From positions 1 to 14,887 of the forward strand of contig JBJKQR010000077.1 in assembly GCA_046735395.1 (NCBI GenBank): a stretch of 14,887 nucleotides of DNA, written 5' to 3'. The translations under genes and the position numbers were made by a program. This stretch comes from Fidelibacterota bacterium (GTDB lineage: Bacteria > Fidelibacterota > Fidelibacteria > Fidelibacterales > DSDE01). Positions 1 through 7,015 of the stretch are shown here, one piece after another; position 1 is the stretch's first letter, and each line of letters starts with the position of its first letter. The notes beneath the pieces are model-generated. The model ran no database searches and had not been told where the DNA came from. It worked only from the letters and a program-made list of their open reading frames with translations.

Positions 1-93
1 GGGATCAATCATTTTATCCAAAGTGATTTCAAACAGGGTTCCTTGAGATTGGGAGGATTGATGACCTTTCATTTTATCCTTTCGTATTGCCAT
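1..93 (-). CDS. N-terminal fragment of a probable IS5-family transposase (runs off the left edge)
   Basis: Not in the ORF track. Manual translation from ATG at 93 gives MAIRKDKMKGHQSSQSQGTLFEITLDKMIDP, open to the edge, with an alternative ATG at 72. The Q-x-x-LF-x-x-x-L-x-x-(M/I)-I-(D/N) pattern matches my recollection of IS5-group transposase N-termini just before the HPL..L...IDW motif. Confidence 0.65.
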   Translation of the reverse strand, partial: MAIRKDKMKGHQSSQSQGTLFEITLDKMIDP

Positions 94-193
94 GTTTTTA
101 ATGAATTTAACACATTCTCGGATAAAATACCAAGATAATTATTAAGATATATCTATTATTATCAATATGTTATGTGATTATTAAGGGGCGACT
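1..193 (-). mobile_element. Left end of a probable IS5-family insertion sequence; terminal inverted repeat at about 178-193
   Basis: The minus strand reads (A)GTCGCCCCTTAATAA from 193 leftwards, resembling the GTCGCCCCTGAAAA-type ends I recall for IS5-group elements. An abrupt AT-rich segment (94-185) and the transposase-like start lie inside it. The other end is outside the window. Confidence 0.6.
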
Positions 194-194
194 T

Positions 195-287
195 CATAGT
201 GTCCTCCGGTTTGATTGTTCTCTGCACGGTGAAACTCATACCGTACGAATTTGGTCATAATTTAGCAGAATGCAGAGAGAATGCCAA
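195..287 (-). promoter_or_regulatory. Orphaned expression signals: sigma70-like promoter, RBS and ATG of a gene cut by the IS
   Basis: Minus strand: TTGGCA (287-282), 17 bp ending in TGc, TAAATT (264-259); then GGAGG (207-203), ACACT and ATG (197-195). The frame stops after 11 codons inside the putative IS end. Confidence 0.6.
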
Positions 288-327
288 TTTTATAACAACA
301 CCCAAAGTGAGTATAAGTATTCAGGCT

Positions 328-1614
328 TCAGAATACCTTTGAATAGGAATAGGATAATTCGGTTTCGCTTCCGGGCGGGAGCGACAGAGTATATTCGAAA
401 GTCTCCGCATCAATTTCCCTGTACTCATGTGAACTGTGGCCGATGGTGCGGTTGCCGAACACCCTCTCGCGGACACGGATATTGCGGACCGTTTTACCAT
501 TATTGTAAAGGCGGTACTGAATATCCACATCTTCATAATTCTTCATCCGCTTCCGGTTTGTAATCAGTCTTTTATAATGCAGATCCCGGTCATAACCGGC
601 CGGAAAGCTCACCTTTTCACCCGAAGCGAACTGGCGAATGGATGCCGTGGCATAACGGGTATGATCCTGATCAAATACTGTTACGGTTCCGGCGGGCAGG
701 ACAGAATCGGTGCGGCCGTTCATAAAACTCAGCTCAATAGCGGCGGCTCCCTCAGATGGAGTCGCGTCCATGCCCTGGATAATGTATGTAATGTCCGTTT
801 TCAGCTCCCGCTGAGCATAGAGAGGAAAGCGTTCATCCCCGGCAGGCCTGATATCGACATGCTCCGGCAGGGCGTATATGTAATAATCAAATTTTTCACC
901 CGCCTGGGGCAGGCTTTTGTCAGCCATCATCTCCGCACCGAAGCGGGCCATGACGGACGGGCCTTTCCTCATGGATGCCACAGGTGCCGGATCTCCGGCA
1001 ATCAGTGAAAGCTGCGCATCCGCTGCGGCGCCCCTGCCCGCATTGCTGATCCGGAAAAAACTGGAGAGCAGAGCATGGTCTTCATCCTTCCGCAGCAGAT
1101 CATACTCGGCGTCCCAGGACAGATCTTCCGAAGAGAAGCCGTACGTCACATCAACAGACTCCTGCGAAGCGCCGGGAAAGCGGGCCTGGAGACGGGCAAA
1201 CTGGCCATCGGTGATACTGATCTCCTCCACACTGCGCCGGGCGATGTATTTTTCCCGGTCTCCACTGAGAATCACAAAAAATTCCGGTGTGACATCCACC
1301 AGCTTTCCCTGAGTGCGGCCGCCTTCACTGATAATCTGAACGGATTCGGCATTGAGGAGGGACGACCAGGCCGACGGATCAGAGTTAAGGCCGCGAATGA
1401 GTGCATTACACGAATCGGCAACAATCCAGGATGATCCCGGCCTGACGGCAAACCCAAAATCCTTCAGAGCCACCCATTCCTGTTCTGAATTCTCCGGAAT
1501 CTGTTTCTGACTCATGACACTGAACCAGACACCGGAATTCTGGCTTACCAGAAGATGAATATCATCGGCGGCCATGATGCTGACGGCACACAGTAACACT
1601 GCAAATTTCTTCAT
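328..1614 (-). CDS. Secreted DUF4139-domain-like protein
   Basis: 428 aa with a signal-peptide-like N-terminus (MKKFAVLLCAVSIMAA). Segments LSWDAEYDL, ISNAG..LSLIAGDP, YIYALPEHVDI and LPAGTVTVFD..GEKV, plus a beta-rich C-terminus, are typical of DUF4139 proteins. A GGAG RBS lies in the end of valS, 3 bp away. Confidence 0.75.
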   Translation of the reverse strand: MKKFAVLLCAVSIMAADDIHLLVSQNSGVWFSVMSQKQIPENSEQEWVALKDFGFAVRPGSSWIVADSCNALIRGLNSDPSAWSSLLNAESVQIISEGGRTQGKLVDVTPEFFVILSGDREKYIARRSVEEISITDGQFARLQARFPGASQESVDVTYGFSSEDLSWDAEYDLLRKDEDHALLSSFFRISNAGRGAAADAQLSLIAGDPAPVASMRKGPSVMARFGAEMMADKSLPQAGEKFDYYIYALPEHVDIRPAGDERFPLYAQRELKTDITYIIQGMDATPSEGAAAIELSFMNGRTDSVLPAGTVTVFDQDHTRYATASIRQFASGEKVSFPAGYDRDLHYKRLITNRKRMKNYEDVDIQYRLYNNGKTVRNIRVRERVFGNRTIGHSSHEYREIDAETFEYTLSLPPGSETELSYSYSKVF

Positions 1615-1617
1615 GAC

Positions 1618-4269
1618 TTACTCCGTAAGTTGACTGAGGTTCTCCTTCAGAAGGGCCAGGCTTTCCGTATAGGATTTTTCCTTGTCCCGTTCCTTCTCCA
1701 CGACGTCCTTCGGGGCATTGAGCGTAAAATTGTGATTGCCCAGTTTCGCCCGTACGCCCTTGAGCCGGCTCTCGAAAGCATCGATTTCCTTCAGAAGGCG
1801 CTGTCGTTCCTTTTCCAGGTCAATGAGCCCCACCAGCGGCATATACAGCTGAAGTCCGCCAACGACCGCGGAAGCCGACAGTGCCGGTTTTTCCAGATTC
1901 GGCCCCCAGCTGAGTTTTTCGCAGCGCACGAGGTTTTCGATATAGCCGTGCCCGGACTCGAGAATGGCCGTCTGGGCATCATCCGGACCGGATATGAGAA
2001 GGGTGGCTTTCTTTGCAGGGGGTACGGTCATTTCGCTGCGGATGGTCCGGGCAGCCGTGATGATCTGCATGAGCAGATCCATCGCCCCCACCGCTTCACG
2101 ATGAGGTTCGAACTCCCTCTTCCCGGGAAAGGAAGCCACGATGAGATCCGGCTCTTCATCGGCTTTCAGGCTCTGCCAGATATCTTCAGTAATAAATGGC
2201 GCAAAAGGGTGCAGAAGCTTGAGAATGGTCCTCAGCACGTACACCGCCACCTTCAGAGACGTGTCTTTCGCCTGGCTGTCATCGCCGTAAAAACGGATTT
2301 TCGCAAGTTCAATATACCAGTCACAGAAGTAATTCCAGGTGAATTCGTAAATCGTACGGGCAGCATCATTGAAACGGTATTTTTCCATGTCGGAATGAAA
2401 GCGGTTGATCGTATCCTGAAGCGAATCCAGAATCCAGAGATCGGCCGTTTCCATGTCCTTTTCAACAGGCAGATCCTCTCCGGTGATTCCCTTATCATTA
2501 TTCATGAGAATGAAGCGGGCCGCATTCCAGAGTTTGTTCATGAAATTCCGTCCCGTCTCGATACGGTTTTCATCGAAGAGTATATCCTGTCCCTGAGGTG
2601 CGATGAGCAGAATACCGAAGCGCAGCGCATCAGCGCCGAACTTGTCGATGATATGAAGCGGATCGGGACTGTTTCCCAGGCTCTTGCTCATTTTCCGGCC
2701 CTGAGCATCACGGATGAGGCCGGTGAAATAGACATTGCGAAAGGGAATATCGCCCATGAATTCAAGTCCGGCCATGATCATCCGGGCGACCCAGAAGAAA
2801 ATAATATCAGGCGCCGTCACCAGATCATTGGTCGGATAATAATATTCCAGATCCTTCCCGGCGTTGGGCCAGTCAAGCGTACTGAAGGGCCAGAGCCATG
2901 AAGAGAACCAGGTATCGAGAACATCCTCTTCCTGGCGGACTTTATCGCCGCTACACTTGGGACAGGATGTGGGATCCTCGGTGAGAGCCGCTTCCCAGCC
3001 ACAGGCATCGCAGTGGAAGACGGGGATACGATGTCCCCACCAGAGCTGACGGCTGATACACCAGTCACGGACATTCTCCAGCCAGTGATTGTAGGTTTTG
3101 AGCCAGCGATCCGGTGTAAAACTGATGCGGCCTTCATTGACGACCTTCAGCGCCGGTTCGGCCAGCTCCTTCATTTTCACGAACCACTGTTCGGAGAGCC
3201 GTGGCTCGATCACCACTCCGGCACGCTCGCTGTATCCCACGCTGTGGGTGTAATTTTCAATCTTTTCCAGCAAACCAAGCTTTTCAAACTCGGCCACGAC
3301 TTTTTTCCGCGCCTCGTAGCGGTCCAGGCCCGAATATTCCGCTCCTGCCCTGTCATTGAGCGTCGCGTCGGGATTCATGATGTCAATAATTTCCAGTTTG
3401 TGGCGCAGGCCCATTTCGTAGTCATTGGGATCATGTGCCGGCGTCACCTTGACCGCACCGGTTCCGAATTCCTTATCCACATATTCATCTGCAAAGATGG
3501 GGATTTCCCGGTCGGTGAGCGGAAGTTTCACGGTTTTTCCGATAAGGTCCCGATACCGTTCATCGTCCGGATTGACGGCAATACCCGTATCGCCGAGCAT
3601 TGTCTCGGGGCGGGTCGTGGCCACCACCAGATAATTCCCCGATCCGTCAGCCAGAGGATAGCGCAGGTACCAGAGATGTCCCTGGCTTTCACGGTAGATG
3701 ACCTCCTCATCAGAGAGCGCCGTAAGGGATACGGGACACCAGTTGATGATACGTAGACCCCGGTAAATCAGTTTTTTATCATACAGACGAACAAAGACTT
3801 CCCGGACAGCCTGGCTCAGGCCCTCGTCCATGGTGAAGCGCTCCCGTTCCCAGTCGCAGCTCACACCGAGGCGTTTCAGCTGTTCAATGATAATACCGCC
3901 GTATTTGTGTTTCCATTCCCAGACTTTTCCGATGAAGGTTTCACGGCCCAGATCATGGCGGGTGATGTTATCCTTGCGAAGATTCTTCTCCACGGCCGTC
4001 TGGGTGGCAATACCGGCGTGATCCGTTCCGGGCAGCCAGAGTGTTTCGTGGCCCTCCATCCGGGCCTTGCGCACCAGGACATCCTGCAGTGTATTATTGA
4101 GGACATGCCCCATGGTCAGCATTCCCGTCACATTGGGCGGAGGAATCATGACCGTAAAGGGTGTTTTGCCGGGTTTGGGTTCAGAATGAAAATAGCCTTT
4201 ATCAAGCCAGTTCTGGTAGTGTCTGGATTCGACCGCTGCCGGTTCGTAAGTCCTGGAGAGTTCTTTCAT
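1618..4269 (-). CDS. valS: Valine--tRNA ligase
   Basis: 883 aa with PPPNVTG..MGH (HIGH-like), GTDHAGIATQ, ATTRPET and GTGAVKVTPAHD editing-domain motifs, DWCISRQLWWGHRIP, KMSKS and a C-terminal coiled coil. AAGGA RBS. Confidence 0.99.
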   Translation of the reverse strand: MKELSRTYEPAAVESRHYQNWLDKGYFHSEPKPGKTPFTVMIPPPNVTGMLTMGHVLNNTLQDVLVRKARMEGHETLWLPGTDHAGIATQTAVEKNLRKDNITRHDLGRETFIGKVWEWKHKYGGIIIEQLKRLGVSCDWERERFTMDEGLSQAVREVFVRLYDKKLIYRGLRIINWCPVSLTALSDEEVIYRESQGHLWYLRYPLADGSGNYLVVATTRPETMLGDTGIAVNPDDERYRDLIGKTVKLPLTDREIPIFADEYVDKEFGTGAVKVTPAHDPNDYEMGLRHKLEIIDIMNPDATLNDRAGAEYSGLDRYEARKKVVAEFEKLGLLEKIENYTHSVGYSERAGVVIEPRLSEQWFVKMKELAEPALKVVNEGRISFTPDRWLKTYNHWLENVRDWCISRQLWWGHRIPVFHCDACGWEAALTEDPTSCPKCSGDKVRQEEDVLDTWFSSWLWPFSTLDWPNAGKDLEYYYPTNDLVTAPDIIFFWVARMIMAGLEFMGDIPFRNVYFTGLIRDAQGRKMSKSLGNSPDPLHIIDKFGADALRFGILLIAPQGQDILFDENRIETGRNFMNKLWNAARFILMNNDKGITGEDLPVEKDMETADLWILDSLQDTINRFHSDMEKYRFNDAARTIYEFTWNYFCDWYIELAKIRFYGDDSQAKDTSLKVAVYVLRTILKLLHPFAPFITEDIWQSLKADEEPDLIVASFPGKREFEPHREAVGAMDLLMQIITAARTIRSEMTVPPAKKATLLISGPDDAQTAILESGHGYIENLVRCEKLSWGPNLEKPALSASAVVGGLQLYMPLVGLIDLEKERQRLLKEIDAFESRLKGVRAKLGNHNFTLNAPKDVVEKERDKEKSYTESLALLKENLSQLTE

Positions 4270-4284
4270 TGAGTGTGTTCCTTT

Positions 4285-4800
4285 TTATTCCAATACAAAA
4301 TTAAGCGCTGTTGTGAGTTTGAGAATATTCTGATTTGCCAGTTTGAGGTCCCCGGTCAGTTTGGCGGCAATATTACGCATGACTATGTAACCGATATGCG
4401 GCGTTTCGGCGCAGACACGCAGCAGATTCTCATTACTGAGCACGGCGATACGGCAGCGGGACAGGGCAATGATGGTTGCGCTGCGTTTCTGGCTCTGATC
4501 GAAGAGAGACATCTCACCCATGAAGGGCGCCATGCCGGCATCAAGTTTGATGAAGGCCTTCTCTCTCGTATCCGGGCCATCCTCACTGTTATCCATGGAC
4601 AGGGTGAGAGCCTGGGAAATTTCCACCTCACCTTCCAGCAGGAGAAAGATGAAGGAGCCTTCGGCATTTTCCCTGATAATGATTCTGTCTGCCTCGAAAG
4701 TCTTCAATTCCAGCAGGTCTTCAAATTTCGCCAGATCCTTATCCTTCAGACCCTGAAAAATGGAGAATTTTCCCAGATCGCGAATGATTTCCCTTGCCAT
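4285..4800 (-). CDS. Stand-alone cyclic nucleotide-binding domain protein (no HTH evident)
   Basis: 171 aa with IFQGL...IIRENAEGSFIFLLLEGEVEI, the phosphate-binding cassette FMGEMSLF...RSATIIA and a C-helix. It ends before a Crp-type HTH would be expected. AAGGGG RBS. Confidence 0.9.
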   Translation of the reverse strand: MAREIIRDLGKFSIFQGLKDKDLAKFEDLLELKTFEADRIIIRENAEGSFIFLLLEGEVEISQALTLSMDNSEDGPDTREKAFIKLDAGMAPFMGEMSLFDQSQKRSATIIALSRCRIAVLSNENLLRVCAETPHIGYIVMRNIAAKLTGDLKLANQNILKLTTALNFVLE

Positions 4801-4817
4801 GTCGTCCCCTTTCCCGC

Positions 4818-5948
4818 TCAGATGATGATAATGGCTACGTCTTTTTCCTGAATCACGTAACTGTCATCGGGATTGAGATTGATGTCGAGACGGCCCTTTT
4901 CATTGAGCTGGCCGGCCATGCGGAGCTTCCGTTCAATAAAGGCATCCAGCTGGGAAATATCCGAACTGAGGATGTCCTTGAGGCCGGCGCGTTCGATTTC
5001 CTGCATGAAACCGAGCAGCAGGGCTTTCTGCGAACTCCTGACATGATCGAAATACTCCCGGTAATTCTTTCCTACAAAATCCCGGGGCACAGGCTGGCGG
5101 GACATGGAGGGGTGAATCTTATTGCTCATGAGATTGTAGTAGGCCTGGCCGATGCCCGGCTGGAGGATGTGGGTGGCGAGCAGATAGCCGCTGAATTCAT
5201 CACGTACGTATATCTCATCCGCCCGCGCCCGCTTCAGGTGGGGACGGTTTTCGATATGCTGAATAAATGCGATGACCGGTGTATCCGGATTGATGGATTT
5301 GACACTGAGCGTGGACATGATGGTCTTATCATCCGGATCCGATTTATCCGCGCTTTCATTCGGCAGGATAATGACGGCCCGCGCCCCTTTCACATTTGCC
5401 TTTTCCAGGATATGGGTCTTCGTAAAGTCACCTTTTACAAAGCGGATCATCAGCTGTTCGTACTTGGTGACAATATTATCGATCTCATCCTCAGAGGCAT
5501 AATTGACAAGGGTCACACGGATCTTTTCATCGGCTGCCGACATGCTGCACAGACTGTCCAGCAGATTCTGACAGTTCTCATTCCAGCCACAGATGACCAC
5601 ATGATCTTTGAATGTGATTTTCTCCAATCCCTTACCCTCCCTGATTTTTCGGGTAATATACGCCGAGGAGATGGTTGCCGTGAACAGCGACATGAAACCG
5701 ATCCCGGACAGCATAACCACTAAGGCGACCAGACGGGCCAGAGGACTGTGGGGTACAATATCTCCGTATCCCACCGTCGTAATGGTCACGATGGCCCACC
5801 AGAAGGCGTCCGTCACCGATGTGAAATTCCCCGGTTCCAGCAGATATACAATAATACTGCCTAAAAAAGCAATCGTGAAGATTCCACTGAAAATAAAGAC
5901 AATGTTCGAATTGACCAGTTTAGCCAGTCGCCGGATCATCCATCCCAT
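4818..5948 (-). CDS. Two-TM potassium channel with RCK (TrkA-N-like) gating domain
   Basis: 376 aa with hydrophobic M1, pore helix DAFWWAIVTITTVGYGD, M2, then RCK motifs HVVICGWN and FVKGDFT...LEKANVKGARAVIIL. Confidence 0.95.
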   Translation of the reverse strand: MGWMIRRLAKLVNSNIVFIFSGIFTIAFLGSIIVYLLEPGNFTSVTDAFWWAIVTITTVGYGDIVPHSPLARLVALVVMLSGIGFMSLFTATISSAYITRKIREGKGLEKITFKDHVVICGWNENCQNLLDSLCSMSAADEKIRVTLVNYASEDEIDNIVTKYEQLMIRFVKGDFTKTHILEKANVKGARAVIILPNESADKSDPDDKTIMSTLSVKSINPDTPVIAFIQHIENRPHLKRARADEIYVRDEFSGYLLATHILQPGIGQAYYNLMSNKIHPSMSRQPVPRDFVGKNYREYFDHVRSSQKALLLGFMQEIERAGLKDILSSDISQLDAFIERKLRMAGQLNEKGRLDINLNPDDSYVIQEKDVAIIII

Positions 5949-5956
5949 ATTCGTGA

Positions 5957-5985
5957 AAAGTACGGGAATTCACAGATAAAGTCAA
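5957..5985 (-). promoter_or_regulatory. Sigma70-like promoter of the K+ channel/valS unit
   Basis: TTGACT (5985-5980), 17 bp, TACTTT (5962-5957), ending 8 nt before the ATG at 5948. Confidence 0.65.
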
Positions 5986-6080
5986 TGAGTCAGACAAGTG
6001 CCTCAAAACATGGCGCACAATAGCCGGGCCACTCATCAGAGACCCGCACAAACGGGATTGGGAATTGCCGTACACAGAAC

Positions 6081-6410
6081 TTATTTATTCAGCATGCGGA
6101 ACGATGCCGGGGACAATGCGATTAGCGTGGACATCAGCATTTCAAGCTGCTGCAGAGGCGGTTCTTCCACTGTAGTCAGATAAGCAAGATATTCACGGGC
6201 AATATGAATTTCCCGGCCAGAGCGGATCCATGCCGGTGCAAGGCGCGTAAAATCAAGTAACTCAAGCGCCCGATACAGGGTAGTTCTGAATTCTTCCTCA
6301 TCTCTATATAATTTTTTAGCCCGGTTCAATTCGTTACAGACCATCAGAATCTGCTGTTCCGGCGAAAAATCCCGATAGCGGTCGGCTAAGTTTTTATGAT
6401 ATATTGTCAT
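6081..6410 (-). CDS. Small all-helical hypothetical protein, partner of the DUF5674-like gene
   Basis: 109 aa. Its start overlaps the upstream stop (ATGA at 6410-6407). Amphipathic helices EQQILMVCNELNRAK, RALELLD and REIHIAREYL. Confidence 0.8.
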   Translation of the reverse strand: MTIYHKNLADRYRDFSPEQQILMVCNELNRAKKLYRDEEEFRTTLYRALELLDFTRLAPAWIRSGREIHIAREYLAYLTTVEEPPLQQLEMLMSTLIALSPASFRMLNK

Positions 6411-6775
6411 ATTCGGACGATGATTTCATCAGAACCCAAGAGTAATGACTCTGCGAGCTGTTTCACTGAATTTCGAATTAATTCACCCTCAATCTCCATG
6501 GAATAATTTTCCTGAGACGGACGAATGTTAATAAAAGAGGTGTACTCATGCCTCTCATCCGCATCTTTAAAGGGATATAGATTCGCACCCCACAGATTTT
6601 CCTGTGACGAACCGTGTTCAAGCAGTAGCTTCTCTGCATCAGCCTGGAGTTCCCCACCTGCTGCGATTATACCCAGCTCAATATCTGCCACATATTTTAT
6701 CATCGTTTTGAAATGTGCTTCCGCAAACTGAAGCAGGCGATCACGGGAGACTTTTTTTTCAATAATTTCTATCAT
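6407..6775 (-). CDS. DUF5674-family-like protein
   Basis: Probable start is ATG at 6775 (MIEIIEKK), rather than the TTG at 6799. Motifs IKYVADIE..IIAAGGELQADAE..LLEHGSSQENLWGANLYP and YTSFINIRPSQEN match my recollection of DUF5674. Confidence 0.8.
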   Translation of the reverse strand: MIEIIEKKVSRDRLLQFAEAHFKTMIKYVADIELGIIAAGGELQADAEKLLLEHGSSQENLWGANLYPFKDADERHEYTSFINIRPSQENYSMEIEGELIRNSVKQLAESLLLGSDEIIVRI

Positions 6776-6961
6776 GGCTGAATTTAAAACCGTCAACAAC
6801 TAATTTCATTACCTAAAATAAGTGTCCATTTCGTTACGGTGCAATAATATTGAGACAAACGTAGAATGTATATTTTGAATTTCAAATCAGAATGCTCAGA
6901 CTATTTGCAAAGAATTACGAGTAAAAACGGAGCATGTAAGTCTGCCGGGTGAACTATCTCC

Positions 6962-6990
6962 TTGCGCTTCGGCGTCGGTTATTCTAATTT
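6962..6990 (+). promoter_or_regulatory. Sigma70-like promoter of the metallophosphoesterase gene
   Basis: TTGCGC (6962-6967), 17 bp, TAATTT (6985-6990), upstream of ATG at 7016 or 7025. Confidence 0.5.
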
Positions 6991-7015
6991 CCTTAAAATT
7001 GAAATTTTATAAAGG

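Noticed and set aside
270..563. 97-aa Cys-rich plus-strand ORF
   Set aside because: It mostly overlaps the 3' end of the DUF4139-like gene in antisense, has no RBS and shows no coherent motif.
1630..3756. Long plus-strand ORFs (423 aa and 247 aa) opposite valS
   Set aside because: Antisense shadows of a well-supported gene, with no recognisable motifs.
4285..4800. Crp/Fnr transcription factor call
   Set aside because: The protein ends after the C-helix and no HTH domain is visible.
4273..5723. Plus-strand ORFs of 192 aa and 309 aa
   Set aside because: They fully overlap the CNBD and K+ channel genes on the opposite strand.
6776..6799. TTG start at 6799 for the DUF5674-like gene
   Set aside because: The extension overlaps the candidate -10 box, and the family-like sequence begins at ATG 6775.
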